Assembly (NCBI GenBank): GCA_001780275.1
Contig: MFGB01000007.1
Coordinates: forward strand, 66,280 to 130,279
Direction of reading: 5' to 3'
Length of the DNA: 64,000 nt
From: Candidatus Falkowbacteria bacterium RIFOXYA2_FULL_47_19
GTDB lineage: Bacteria; Patescibacteriota; Patescibacteriia; Patescibacteriales; UBA12075
The position numbers and the translations under genes are program-made. The notes beneath the pieces are model-generated. The model did no database searches. It was not told where the DNA came from and saw only the letters and a program-made list of their open reading frames with translations. Shown here piece after piece: positions 46,375-57,255 of this stretch. Within the stretch, counting starts at the first letter, position 1, and each line of letters begins with the position of its first letter.

Positions 46375-49300
46375 TTACCTCGGCACTTCTCTTTCTTCTG
46401 TTTTACCGCCCGGCACCTCCCTGATCCTTCCCCTTCCCGACGCCTCCATTCTTCTTCGTTCGGATGGAGATAATTTCCGTACCTGTTCGTCCGACGGCAC
46501 CTCCCTGATCCGGCTTTCATTACCCGGGACTTCCCTGATCTGCGGCTTATCGGAAGGCACTTCTCTTATTCCTCCCTCCGCTGACGGCACCTCGCGAGTA
46601 GAACCGTCGGAAGACAATTCCATGTCGGGATGGTCTATGTTCCAGAAACTTTCGACCTTCGCCCTGGCCGTGGCGATATTATCGGGGCTCATATCCATGA
46701 CCGGCCTGATTTTAGTGAACAATCCGCCCTTGGTTCCCCAATTAAGCTTAGATGGCCCGTCCACGCCGATCTTGTCCTCGGTCATAAGGATATTGAATCC
46801 TCCCCTGCCGAAAACGTCGCGGACGATGATCGTGTTGTCCGCGCGCGTCTCCCAGCTGGGCGCATGATCCATTCTTAAAAGCTCTTTGAGGCCTTGGCCC
46901 GTCATCTCCCGATTACCAGCGAAAATTTTCATATAGCCCAGGGCGGAATCGTAATTTCCTTTGATCGCGTTAGGCATGCTGTCGTAAGCGTCTATAAAAA
47001 ATTCCTGGCGGTAATCTATACCCGATGATAAACTTAGTTCCCGGATCAATTTTATTTCCTCCGGATAATAATTCTTGTGCTTCATCCAGAATTCAAGGAG
47101 TTCGCGGTCTGCCGGAGAAAATCCGTCCTGATCGTGAATATCGATGCCGGTCTTTCGCGCGTCCTCAAGGCTTAATCCGTAGCTCTTGGAAAATTCATTG
47201 AATTTATTGAGTTCCTGGTCGATCTTCGCCGCCGTTTCGATATCCCCCTTGATCGCGCTGATCTCCTTTTCCGCTTCGATGATCTTCCGCTCTTTTAGAT
47301 ATTCGTAAGATTGCGTTTTGCCGGTTTCCTGGGATATGAATTCACCTTTTTCGTTTTTAAGATATTCATGGATACCCATCTCTCCGTTAGCGTCCTTTTC
47401 CAGGACGTAAGCGGCCCGGCCTATGCCCTTGGTTCCGATCCGGGTCTCGGTTTCGTCCGCGCCGACATAATCATTATCGCGCGCTATCTCGAAAGCCCGG
47501 CGATCCGCCCATTTTTCTATTCCCGCCCGGTCCTCGATATCGCCTTCATATCCGAAACCGCGGAGCTGTTCCTCGTTGGGTAAAAATCCCGGGTCCTTGA
47601 TATTTCCGCCGGTTAACTGGCGCTTAAGCACGTGGGTAACACCGTCGCCTTTGCGGACGGTCGCGAGTTCGAACTGCGCTTTTCGGGAGTTTTCCCCGGT
47701 GATCAGACCCCGGTATTCGTCCCCTTCCGGAACCGTTCCCGGCAGAGGGGTTTCCGATGAATTGACGGGCGGCTCAACGGGTCCTTCGGGCGGAGAGACC
47801 GGCGGTTCATCGGGAGCAATATCCGCCTGAGAAGCGCCCGAATCCGGTATCGCGCCCATTTTGCCTAACTCATCCGGCACTGTTTCGATCCCGCCGGCAG
47901 GCGGAACGATCGGAGGTTCTCCGCCGCCGCTCGCTTGCCTCCCGACATATTCTTTAACTTTTTCCAATCCTTCTCCTATTTTACCGGCTATCGGCCCGGT
48001 TTTTCGGCCGACATAGTCGCTTATCTGGTCGCCCCAGAAATGCCTGACCAACCAACCGGCTCCGGCGAATCCGGCAGCCATGCCGGCTCCCCAGGCCATG
48101 CGCTTGCGTATTACCTTCTTGCGGCCTTGTTCCGTCTTTGAGTCGCGTTCCGAAATCGCCCTATCGAACCTTTCCGCCCATTTATCGCCGAGCTTATAAC
48201 CGTTTAAAGCGATTTCGCCTTGCGCCAAAGAGCGTACGAGGTCATGCTGGCCGGTTACCCGTTTTTCCCAGGTGCCGAAATCGATCAATCCTTTGGATGT
48301 TTTATCATCTATCCAGTCGATGTTCAACCGCAGGGATTTCTTGTAAATTCCTCGTTTTTTGTCGTCAAGATTCTCGTCTTTGAGTTTTTCCAGTAAAGTT
48401 TCGGTTTTATGCCTGATCTTTTCCGCTTCCGAAAATTTTATGCCCAGACCGGCTTCCTCCAATTTGGTCTTTTCGGCGGTCAACTGTTCATGTTTTCTTC
48501 TCTCTTCATCGCTCAAATTTTCCTTAAAAGTGAATTTTTTAGCTTCGCCGCCGCCCAGATGTCCGTCATCCCACATCTTTGAATTTAGAATATTTATTTC
48601 CCGGGTAATTACCGCGTATCTTTTCTCTTCTTCGCTTCTCTCTCCGCGTCTGCCCAGCCCGTCGCCGGTTTTAAATTCCTTTTTGGCGCGCGCTCTGGCC
48701 ATAAAGGCGCCCATGCCCGCCGCGGCCGGCACGACTACCGCCAATCCGGCCAAACTGGCTCCGGCAGCGGCCCGGGTGGCGTAACCCGAGGCCATATAGA
48801 TCCCTCTTTCCGTAGCGACATTTTTCATTACTTTTAAAAATCCCCATTTATTGCTCTGCGTCCTCAATAATTTAGCTTCTATGCGCTTGTCGTTGCCGAA
48901 GAACCGGTTCATCTGCACCTTCCGGTCGATATCGTTCTTATAGAGCATGCCGACACCCTCGTTATAACCCAATTCCTCCTTTTTAAAACGCAAAACGTTC
49001 TCCAGCGCGCTTTCATATTTTTTTTGCGCCCTGTGATACATGTTCTTCTGGATCAGGGTTGCGTCTGGCAGACTGTATTCATAGGGCACTTCCCCTATTC
49101 GCTCGGCCGCCTCGTTAAGCTTACTATAAGCCTCGCTCTCTTTAGTGTTAGGCGTTTCCGGCGCGGACACGTATCTTACCTTAAGTTCGTCGGCGTTCCT
49201 GAACCGGCTTTTTTTGATTATATCGACATCGGGACCGTAATTATGCAAACCGGCTACCAGTTGCTTAAGTATCGCCCCGTGCGCCTCAAGTCCGCCCCCG

Positions 49301-51255
49301 ATTATCTCCTTGGCGCTCTTTTTCTCGAGTTTGGCGATCTGGTAATGACGGCTGAATCCCTGCCAGGCTTTACTTAACCATTTAAGCCCCTTGACCTGAC
49401 CCAGAACCTGACCTCCTTCTTTCGCGTTTTTCCTGTATTTTAAGGCCGCTTCATCCTGTATCCGTCCCAGGGTAAGCTGTTTAAGGTTCTCTATGACCAG
49501 AAGCTGCTGCCCTTCGGTCAATTTATTCAAACCAACCTCTTTTAAGGCTTTGGCGTCTTCCGGGCTGATTCCCAATATTTTCAAACGCTTGAATACGTGG
49601 TCCGAGATCCCTGAGTCCTTTTCCTTTTTCTCGTTTTTTTCCTCGGTCTTTTTCCGCTCCCCTCTTTTTCCGCCCGGAACTTCCTTTTCTTCGTCTAGCT
49701 TATCCGCGCTTAATATATCCCTTAGAACGGCTTCATCCTTTTCTATTATTTTTTCCCATTTTTCAAGATTTACGATCTCTTGCCCTATCTCTTCGGCCCA
49801 ATTTTTCTCGTCTCCCGGATATTCGGCCGATTTTTCTTCTTTTTCCATCGCCTTTTCCAATTTTTCCAACCAGGCGATCTCGCGCCCGATCTCCTCGCGC
49901 CACCCTTCTTTGGCCTCCGGTCCCCTGTTTTCGGATTCGGTCCCCGTTTTCGTTTCGCCATCCCCGCCTGCTCCCTTTAATATCGCGTTCTCCCTAGCCA
50001 GATCGTCGTGCGCGCTCAAAACCGTTTCCAGCTCTTCCTCCGCTTTTTTCGCATCGCCGTCCTCGGGCCCGCTTACGTATTTCCACCGCTCCTTCGGAGA
50101 TTCTTCGTAAAACTGTCTTCGCGCCTCCTCTTGAGCCAGCTTTGCCGTATCAATTTTATCCATTTCGACCTCCTCGCTCTTGGCTATACCCTCGATGATC
50201 TCCTCGGTTTTCTCCGGGGTGAGGTCCGCGTCCTCTTCGGGGATCGCGCCTTTTTCCTGATCCGATTTCCGCCAGATATCCCTAAACGCGTCCATTTCTT
50301 CCCGGGTCAAAACCGGACCATTGCCGATTCCAGGCTTGCCGCTGACCGCCGCGCCCGCTTCCTTGTCCTGAGAGCTTAATTTTTCCAATTCCTCGTAAAG
50401 CCTGCTTTTTAAAACATGGTTTTCGCTTTTATCCTCGTTCATTTCCTGAAGCAGTTTTTCCAGGATCATCTTCCGGCCTTCGCCCCGATAATTTTCGAGC
50501 ATCCGTTCATATTCTTCATAAACGCCCTCTTCGCCCTTCGCCCCCGATTCGTCCGCGATTTCCTCGTTTTGAAGCTTTACGATTTCCTGCCACACGATCT
50601 CCCGCCGCCTCTTATACTTCTCCTTAGAATCGGATCTCAAATATTTTTCATCTTTAGCGATTATTACTCCCGCCCTCTCTACGGCTTTCCGGAAATTTTC
50701 CTTTGACACCAATCCATCGGGAATGTTCTCCGCTTTTTCTCCCGTCCCCGCCTCCGCCGTTTCCTGCGGTTTATCGGCCGATTCGGGCTCGGCTGATTTT
50801 TCTATTTCGGGTTCTTCCGTCAAAACGTCTGGTCTTTTTTCCTCTGCCGTCGCCCCCTTTATACGCAAGAGATCGTTGTCCGCTTTTATCCGTTCATAAA
50901 GCTCGCGGAGCTTCTCGAATAAAGCTTTTTGCATTTCCTGATCGTCCGAAGATTCTTCGATCGCTTTCGCCAATCCGTCTATTTGCGCCGCAAAGGGCGA
51001 CATCTCGTCCGGTATATCGCCGTTTACTTTGATCTCGAGCATGCCGACCGTTTCCCGTATTTCATCGGCTTTTTTGGTATAATCGATTTTTTCTTCTGCC
51101 GCTTGCCCGGTGCCGTTTTCCGGGTCACTCTGGCCCTTTATGACGTCATTCCTGACCTGGGCCATAAAACCGGAAAAATCCGTGCCGTCCCCTTTTATCT
51201 TTTTAGGTTTTTTCGGCTTATCCTTTTTTTCAAAATCTTTTCTTCTTTCGCTCAT
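46375..51255 (-). CDS. Giant charged/coiled-coil membrane protein (1626 aa) with C-terminal REVP repeats
   Basis: E/K-rich N-terminal half, two Ala/Gly-rich hydrophobic segments, Pro-rich linker, TVRKGDGV (LysM-like start), six REVP motifs. Confidence 0.88.
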   Translation of the reverse strand: MSERRKDFEKKDKPKKPKKIKGDGTDFSGFMAQVRNDVIKGQSDPENGTGQAAEEKIDYTKKADEIRETVGMLEIKVNGDIPDEMSPFAAQIDGLAKAIEESSDDQEMQKALFEKLRELYERIKADNDLLRIKGATAEEKRPDVLTEEPEIEKSAEPESADKPQETAEAGTGEKAENIPDGLVSKENFRKAVERAGVIIAKDEKYLRSDSKEKYKRRREIVWQEIVKLQNEEIADESGAKGEEGVYEEYERMLENYRGEGRKMILEKLLQEMNEDKSENHVLKSRLYEELEKLSSQDKEAGAAVSGKPGIGNGPVLTREEMDAFRDIWRKSDQEKGAIPEEDADLTPEKTEEIIEGIAKSEEVEMDKIDTAKLAQEEARRQFYEESPKERWKYVSGPEDGDAKKAEEELETVLSAHDDLARENAILKGAGGDGETKTGTESENRGPEAKEGWREEIGREIAWLEKLEKAMEKEEKSAEYPGDEKNWAEEIGQEIVNLEKWEKIIEKDEAVLRDILSADKLDEEKEVPGGKRGERKKTEEKNEKKEKDSGISDHVFKRLKILGISPEDAKALKEVGLNKLTEGQQLLVIENLKQLTLGRIQDEAALKYRKNAKEGGQVLGQVKGLKWLSKAWQGFSRHYQIAKLEKKSAKEIIGGGLEAHGAILKQLVAGLHNYGPDVDIIKKSRFRNADELKVRYVSAPETPNTKESEAYSKLNEAAERIGEVPYEYSLPDATLIQKNMYHRAQKKYESALENVLRFKKEELGYNEGVGMLYKNDIDRKVQMNRFFGNDKRIEAKLLRTQSNKWGFLKVMKNVATERGIYMASGYATRAAAGASLAGLAVVVPAAAGMGAFMARARAKKEFKTGDGLGRRGERSEEEKRYAVITREINILNSKMWDDGHLGGGEAKKFTFKENLSDEERRKHEQLTAEKTKLEEAGLGIKFSEAEKIRHKTETLLEKLKDENLDDKKRGIYKKSLRLNIDWIDDKTSKGLIDFGTWEKRVTGQHDLVRSLAQGEIALNGYKLGDKWAERFDRAISERDSKTEQGRKKVIRKRMAWGAGMAAGFAGAGWLVRHFWGDQISDYVGRKTGPIAGKIGEGLEKVKEYVGRQASGGGEPPIVPPAGGIETVPDELGKMGAIPDSGASQADIAPDEPPVSPPEGPVEPPVNSSETPLPGTVPEGDEYRGLITGENSRKAQFELATVRKGDGVTHVLKRQLTGGNIKDPGFLPNEEQLRGFGYEGDIEDRAGIEKWADRRAFEIARDNDYVGADETETRIGTKGIGRAAYVLEKDANGEMGIHEYLKNEKGEFISQETGKTQSYEYLKERKIIEAEKEISAIKGDIETAAKIDQELNKFNEFSKSYGLSLEDARKTGIDIHDQDGFSPADRELLEFWMKHKNYYPEEIKLIRELSLSSGIDYRQEFFIDAYDSMPNAIKGNYDSALGYMKIFAGNREMTGQGLKELLRMDHAPSWETRADNTIIVRDVFGRGGFNILMTEDKIGVDGPSKLNWGTKGGLFTKIRPVMDMSPDNIATARAKVESFWNIDHPDMELSSDGSTREVPSAEGGIREVPSDKPQIREVPGNESRIREVPSDEQVRKLSPSERRRMEASGRGRIREVPGGKTEEREVPR

Positions 51256-51432
51256 ATATTTTTGCTAATATTAAATTAAATAAATAATTTATTAAATTAT
51301 ACTTGACAATTTTTAATAATTGTGATATATTATTATAATTACCTAATCTGACTCCACGATCTTTAAAACCGAAGGTGCGAAAAATTTACATAAAAAATAC
51401 CCCCAAAACCCACAAAATGAAAGGAAGCCGCA

Positions 51433-51921
51433 ATGTACGAAAGCAAATCAAAGTACGAAACAATCCGGACGGACATCGTCCGGGTAAAAGTCCCGAAAGC
51501 CCCCCAACCCGGCGTTTTTGGTCCAGTCGCATGGATCGACCCCATGGTTATGGTGGTCGAGGGCAAAACCATCCATGTCGACGGCCACCTCCGCAACTAC
51601 TACGTCGCTCAGGCCGCTTATGACGGCAACATGGGCGGATTAAAAAGGGAACGGATCGACGCCCACCTCAACTTCTATGTCAGTGCCGATATGTGCGGTA
51701 AGTGGATCGTCGCTCGAGCGGAACTGGTCCGCAAAATCACCGAAGGCCATGATCGCCACAACATGGTAATTAACTACTGGCCCATCGAAGCCGAAGCTAC
51801 CCAGGAACACAAGTTCCCGGAAAAAAAGCCGAAAGAGGGCGATACTGTCCTCATGCAAATCCCGGGTACTGAACGACTCGTCGTCCTCCGCCCAATCCCA
51901 CCCCGCCCCGAGCAACCGTAA
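51433..51921 (+). CDS. Hypothetical protein (orphan cassette)
   Basis: Promoter TTGACA-17-TATATT at 51303-51331; SD AAGGA; downstream stem acgcccgag..ctcgggcgt + T-tract. Confidence 0.75.
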   Translation: MYESKSKYETIRTDIVRVKVPKAPQPGVFGPVAWIDPMVMVVEGKTIHVDGHLRNYYVAQAAYDGNMGGLKRERIDAHLNFYVSADMCGKWIVARAELVRKITEGHDRHNMVINYWPIEAEATQEHKFPEKKPKEGDTVLMQIPGTERLVVLRPIPPRPEQP

Positions 51922-52012
51922 CGCGCACCTTCCCGCCAATCGACGCCCGAGAAGCAAGCGACAACGCTTCCTCGGGCGTTTTTCTTTTTTTGCCCTAAAA
52001 ACCGGCCGCACT

Positions 52013-52243
52013 GAATTCGTGATTCGTGTAAATTCGTTATAAATTCGTGGCCATTCGTGTTTTAAAAAAAGAACAGCTTAAAACCGCCGTCTCACAATAA
52101 AAATATCTTTTAAATTGTCATTAAAAAACTCAAGCATGGTATTTTTGATATCAGATATAATTCGTAATAATATCCAATATCTAGTATCGCGAGGCCGTAG
52201 CCGAGCATAATATCAGCGAGCAACAGCGAGCGAATATCGCGAC
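52013..52243. repeat. Short periodic repeat arrays (ATTCGT x5; NAATATC interleaved with GCGAGC motifs)
   Basis: gaattcgt-gattcgtgt-aaattcgtt-aaattcgtgg-ccattcgtg; taatatc-caatatc-tagtatc..taatatc..gaatatc. Confidence 0.6.
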
Positions 52244-52285
52244 TAAAAAGCAATCACCAGAAAAATATCAAAAATCTTTAAAACC

Positions 52286-52936
52286 TTAATTCACAACATC
52301 TAATTCATCTATCACGACGATCTTTTTCGCTTCCAGGATACTATACAGGAATACGTCCGTAATATCGCGCCGGTATCTGAACTCCTTCGTGTCCATGATC
52401 GTATAATTTATCTCCCGGCCCAGTTCGCCTTCCATTTCCTTGATGACTTTGAGCAAACCCGGCCTGTGAAGACGCCCGACGATAAAGAGATCGACCGGCA
52501 CTCCGGGCAAATTCACGAAAAAACCGGTCAATATAAGAAGTTTAAGATAACCGGTCTTTTGCAGTTTTTCTATAAAATCTTTTTCATAGAGAATCTGCGC
52601 TTTCATTATCAAGGCTTTAATTTCTTCAAATAGCACGAAATCCGCGTTGACCCGGAAATACTTCTTGTCCGTTTTAGACGGCTCATCGGTTTTACGGCCG
52701 GTTTTTTTATTGTTTTGAGAAGCTTCGCCGTTATCCTCGTCCTTAATCTCTCCTTCCGCGACGGCAGAGGTCAACAAACCGAATTTTTCCAGATTTTCGA
52801 GTTCCCGGCGCACCGAATTCGGCTGTAATTTAAGATCACGGGCCATTTCCCGGATATAATACTTCTTACCGGGATTAAGGAGGAATAATTTGAGTATTTT
52901 TACCCTGGCTTTTGAACCAAATAGTTTTCCTAACAT
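52286..52936 (-). CDS. Winged-HTH protein with a degenerate nucleotidyltransferase-like C-terminal domain
   Basis: LFGSKARVKIL..YIREMAR..NSVRRELENL; VDLFIVG..GREINYT. Confidence 0.8.
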   Translation of the reverse strand: MLGKLFGSKARVKILKLFLLNPGKKYYIREMARDLKLQPNSVRRELENLEKFGLLTSAVAEGEIKDEDNGEASQNNKKTGRKTDEPSKTDKKYFRVNADFVLFEEIKALIMKAQILYEKDFIEKLQKTGYLKLLILTGFFVNLPGVPVDLFIVGRLHRPGLLKVIKEMEGELGREINYTIMDTKEFRYRRDITDVFLYSILEAKKIVVIDELDVVN

Positions 52937-53132
52937 ATGCCTGTGTTTATCAGTAAAACGTTTCTAAAAAAATTTTCTTATATTAGGTAATTATCATACC
53001 CCCGGGAATGCTGAATCCAGATTTTAATATATTGGTGTTTTACTTAATGGATATTTATAGTATAATATTATATATAATAAAAGTCAAAAATTTTTATCTG
53101 ATTTTAATGTACAAAAATAAGATCAAAGCGCG

Positions 53133-55433
53133 ATGGACTATAAAATAGTACAACTAGGCTTAACCCCCGGCAAAAACGCCAATACCGTGGGGGATATTTT
53201 TATAGCGGAACCGGATACGACCAAAGAATCGCTGGCCGGCCGGATTTTTGTTTTGATCGAAGTTGAATCTAAGCGGTCCGAAGGGGTAAAAATAATTAAC
53301 TTCCTGCTGGACAACATCAATTACAACTATTATCAGAACGAAAAGATCTATTTGCGGGAAAGGATAAACGCTTTAAAGGTTGAGTATATTTTTGAAGCGG
53401 CCCTGGCCAAGGTCAATAAAAATTTCCTTGATTATCTGAAAAGCGAAAAAATAAACCTGCCGATTAGCGCCCTGAACATAACCGTGGGGCTTATATATAA
53501 AAACGAGCTTTATTTTTCCGGTTGCGGGAAAAATCGGGCCCTGCTTATTTACCGCGCGCCGGATACGAGCCGAAGCGGCGCTAAAAAAATGCCCGCTGAG
53601 AAAGATCCCGCTTCCGTCAGAAAAGAATATTCGCTCTCTGACATATCGGAACAGACGGGAAACGGAGAGCTTAAACCGGACGGACCCGCCATTCAGACGA
53701 AACTTTTTTCCAATGTCATTTCCGGCAAGATCCCGAAAAACGGTTTTTTCGTTTTTACGAACGAAACCCTGCCCGAATATATTTCCGGGGCGCAGCTAAC
53801 CAGGATAATAACGACCCTGCCGCCGCTTTCCGCCGTCGAACAGCTCAAGAACACCCTGTCTAAAATAAATTCGTATGTCTCCTTTTGGGGTATTATCATA
53901 AAAAACACCCAATTCGAAAAAGCGGAAGAAACGAAACAGCAATCATCGTCTAAAGATTCCGTCGTTGATCTTTCCCGAACCGAGGAAAGAACCGAGAACT
54001 TATTGGCCCCCTCCGGCATCATAAACATAAAAAAACCGCTCTCGTATATCGGGTCTCTCCTGCCCGGATCGGATAAAGCCATGTCGGGCATCGGAGGCGC
54101 CATGATCAAGGACAAAATTTTCGTCAAGAAAAAATCGGTTGCCAAAAAATTAAATCTTATCCTGAAAAACTTTTTTACTTACGCGCTTAATTTCCTGTTT
54201 TTCGCGGCCAAATGGCTGTCCTCCCGGGGATCAATTAAAAAAACCGTTTCCGGATTAGGGTTAAAATTAAAAAATTCCACGGAATTCCTGTCCCTTCCGG
54301 GTTTAACGCTCAATAAAAGGAACAAAGCGCTTCTGATCGTGGCGGTCGTGTTTCTGGTTTTTTTCATCGTTAACCTGTCTTTCATGAAAGCGAAAAAGAA
54401 CCGGCAGGCAGAATTGGAAAACTATGAAAACCTTTCGGCCATGATCGAGCAAAAGCAAAACCAGGCGGAAGCCAACCTGCTTTACTCGAACGAAGAAGGG
54501 GCTAAGAAATTATTCGATGAGATCAGCGGCCTTATGGGAAGCCTGCCGCAGGCGACCGAAGAGCAAAAATCAAGATTCGCCGATTTTACGGAAAAATATA
54601 ATTTGCAATTAGAGAAGATCAGGCGCATTACGAGGATAGACGAACCGGAAGAGGTCGCCGATTTTAAAAATCTGACCAGTTCAGCCGATCCGGCTAATAT
54701 TATACTCTCGGCAAACAACGGGAAGATCTATGCCGCCGATTCCGGACAAAGATCTATTTATATCCTGGAGATCGCCGACCGCCTGGTCACGACGGTTACC
54801 GATCTCGAGGAACCGATGGAAGAGCTGCTCCTGCCTGCCCAGGCGGCCGAACGCGTTTATTATCTCAATAAAACCAACATCATTGAACTTGATCTTAAAA
54901 CGGAAGAATTATCCCCGCTGAATATCGATCTCGACGCGAATAATAATTATATGGGCGCGGATACCTATAACGAACGACTTTATCTCCTTGATAATAAAAA
55001 CGGACAAATAATACGTTACGCGAAAAATGGCCGGGCCTTTTCCAGCGCTTATTCCTGGCTCCAGGAAAACACAGACCTGTCGGCGGCGGTCGATCTGTCT
55101 ATCGACGGCCACGTTTATGTTCTTAAGAATAACGGCGAAGTTATAAAGTTCCTGCGCGGCCAAACGGTTGAATTCGCGTTGGAAGCGGTCGATCCGCCGA
55201 TAGAGCAAGCTTCAAAAATATTCGTTTCGCCGAAAAATAATTATATTTACATTCTCGATCCGAAAAGCCAGCGCCTGATCGTCTACGATAAAACCGGCCA
55301 ATTCCAGGCCCAATATACATCAAAAACCTTTACTGATCTAAGGGATTTTGCGGTCGATGAAACCAGCCAGGAAGTTTATCTCCTCTCCGGCGCCAAGGTG
55401 CTCAAGATCAAGATCGGCCAAGAAAACGAATAG
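53133..55433 (+). CDS. Membrane protein: N-terminal alpha/beta domain, TM, coiled coil, C-terminal beta-propeller
   Basis: TM LLIVAVVFLVFFIV; propeller-like IYAAD, LYLLD, IDGHVYVL, YIYILD. Confidence 0.8.
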   Translation: MDYKIVQLGLTPGKNANTVGDIFIAEPDTTKESLAGRIFVLIEVESKRSEGVKIINFLLDNINYNYYQNEKIYLRERINALKVEYIFEAALAKVNKNFLDYLKSEKINLPISALNITVGLIYKNELYFSGCGKNRALLIYRAPDTSRSGAKKMPAEKDPASVRKEYSLSDISEQTGNGELKPDGPAIQTKLFSNVISGKIPKNGFFVFTNETLPEYISGAQLTRIITTLPPLSAVEQLKNTLSKINSYVSFWGIIIKNTQFEKAEETKQQSSSKDSVVDLSRTEERTENLLAPSGIINIKKPLSYIGSLLPGSDKAMSGIGGAMIKDKIFVKKKSVAKKLNLILKNFFTYALNFLFFAAKWLSSRGSIKKTVSGLGLKLKNSTEFLSLPGLTLNKRNKALLIVAVVFLVFFIVNLSFMKAKKNRQAELENYENLSAMIEQKQNQAEANLLYSNEEGAKKLFDEISGLMGSLPQATEEQKSRFADFTEKYNLQLEKIRRITRIDEPEEVADFKNLTSSADPANIILSANNGKIYAADSGQRSIYILEIADRLVTTVTDLEEPMEELLLPAQAAERVYYLNKTNIIELDLKTEELSPLNIDLDANNNYMGADTYNERLYLLDNKNGQIIRYAKNGRAFSSAYSWLQENTDLSAAVDLSIDGHVYVLKNNGEVIKFLRGQTVEFALEAVDPPIEQASKIFVSPKNNYIYILDPKSQRLIVYDKTGQFQAQYTSKTFTDLRDFAVDETSQEVYLLSGAKVLKIKIGQENE

Positions 55434-55574
55434 CGCGCCGCTTCAAACAAAACAGGCCTTTCGACCTGTTTTTTATTTGATTCATTATTTTGACAATATA
55501 ATGATTTTCGGGTAAACTCCTTTAAAGATAATTAAAAATGGACTTTTACAATATATCACGTTAACGGAGGGGGA

Positions 55575-56117
55575 ATGGACAGAATAATCACTGATAAAAG
55601 AATGTGGCGCCAGGAGTATCTTATCTGGAAAAAAATTTTGGATGTCCACTTCCGGGACGTAGCCGGAAATTTTATTTTTCCCAGACAAAAATATTTCTAC
55701 GGCGTGAAACCGTCGATAGCGGAATCCCAAAAAAATACGAGCGGCCCGCGCGATCTCTTCGGCGCGATCTGGTGGGATTGCCCTTACGGTATCAGGCTTA
55801 ATTTTTTATGGCAGACTATCGCCTGTCTCGGCTTTACCGTCAAGGACGAAAAAACTTTACGCATCGAACAGCTGCAGGGCGTCTTGGGAAAACGGGAATA
55901 TCTTAAGGGCTTAAGATGGGAACGGATGCTGATCAGACTGCTTATCAAAGTCGCTCCAGGGCTGGGATACGAAAAAATTTACGTCCAACCGGGTAAAAAC
56001 AACCGTTGGGTGGGGAATGACCTCAAAACATTCAAATTACGTTATGATGTAAGCGCTAAAAGAGAGGGCTTTAAATACGATCCCGAAAACGGCGATTACG
56101 TTTTAAAATTAACTTAA
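55575..56117 (+). CDS. Hypothetical protein, possibly VirK/YbjX (DUF535)-like
   Basis: IACLGF..LRIEQLQG..RYD..GF; own promoter at 55490-55518 and SD GGAGG. Confidence 0.65.
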   Translation: MDRIITDKRMWRQEYLIWKKILDVHFRDVAGNFIFPRQKYFYGVKPSIAESQKNTSGPRDLFGAIWWDCPYGIRLNFLWQTIACLGFTVKDEKTLRIEQLQGVLGKREYLKGLRWERMLIRLLIKVAPGLGYEKIYVQPGKNNRWVGNDLKTFKLRYDVSAKREGFKYDPENGDYVLKLT

Positions 56118-56171
56118 AAACAAAAGACGAGGATAAAATCCCCGTCTTTTTAAATAATACCTGTCGTTTAT

Positions 56172-56600
56172 TTATTTCAGGCTTACCTTGGCTCCGGCCT
56201 CTTCCAGCTGTTTCTTCATTTTTTCCGCGTCTTCCTTTTTAACGCCTTCTTTCACCATTTTCGGCGCGCCGTCCACGAGATCCTTGGCGTCCTTAAGACC
56301 CATCTCGGTAATAGCCCTGACCGCTTTGATGACCGCGATCTTATTTCCTCCCGCTTCAGTCAATTCGACATCGAAGCTGGTTTTCTCCTCAGCGGCGGGA
56401 GCGGCGGCAGCCGGACCAGCGGCCATCATCATGGCCGGGGCGGCGGCGGATACTCCGAATTTCTTTTCCAGGATCTTGACCAGTTCGGCCAGATCGAGAA
56501 CGGACATCTTTTCGATCTCTCCGACCAAAGATTTGAATTTGTCGGGCACAACCACTTCTTCGGCAGTGTCCTTGACTTCTTGTTTTTGTTCGTCTGTCAT
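56172..56600 (-). CDS. rplL: 50S ribosomal protein L7/L12
   Basis: [36 protein letters not shown]. Confidence 0.98.
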   Translation of the reverse strand: MTDEQKQEVKDTAEEVVVPDKFKSLVGEIEKMSVLDLAELVKILEKKFGVSAAAPAMMMAAGPAAAAPAAEEKTSFDVELTEAGGNKIAVIKAVRAITEMGLKDAKDLVDGAPKMVKEGVKKEDAEKMKKQLEEAGAKVSLK

Positions 56601-56661
56601 AGTTTTTATCCTATAACCCGTAACGGGTTATATTGTATTAATTTATTATAAAAAACGTCAG

Positions 56662-57189
56662 TTAAGCTTTTTTCTCTTCGATAGCCTTAAGTACATAAAC
56701 GAGATTGCGTAAATTTCCGGCTAACGCGTTAACAAAACCGGACACCGGCGCGTTTAAGGAACCGACCAATTTAGCGTATAATTCCTGCTTGCCCGGTAAT
56801 TTAGATAAGGCTTCCACCTGGTCCGGGGTCAAATATCTGTTTTCCAGGATTCCGCCCACGAAATCCAATTTATCCGCGTGGGTTTTTTTGAATTGGCCGA
56901 CTATTTTAGCGGGAGCGACCTCGTCATTATACCCGAAAATAGCCGCTACCCTTCCTTCCATATTCCTGATATCGAGGCCGGCGATATTTTTGTCCTTAAA
57001 AACCAGGCTAAGCAGGGTTTTCTTGGCTACGTAGTATTCGCTTTTTTCGGCATCTAATTTCTGCCGCAAATCCTCATTCTCTTTAACGGTCAATTTGTCG
57101 AATTTGGCGAAAACCACGGATTTGGCTTGATCGACCTTACTCTTTATATTATGGAGTATGTCTCTTTTTTGTTCTTTGGTTTTTGGCAT
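56662..57189 (-). CDS. rplJ: 50S ribosomal protein L10
   Basis: MPKTKEQK, VAKKTL, LSKLP; directly upstream of rplL. Confidence 0.96.
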   Translation of the reverse strand: MPKTKEQKRDILHNIKSKVDQAKSVVFAKFDKLTVKENEDLRQKLDAEKSEYYVAKKTLLSLVFKDKNIAGLDIRNMEGRVAAIFGYNDEVAPAKIVGQFKKTHADKLDFVGGILENRYLTPDQVEALSKLPGKQELYAKLVGSLNAPVSGFVNALAGNLRNLVYVLKAIEEKKA

Positions 57190-57255
57190 AATTTTCTCAT
57201 AGGGTAACGCATAAGGTAACGCGCTACGACAAATATTTAGAAATTTATTAAAACA

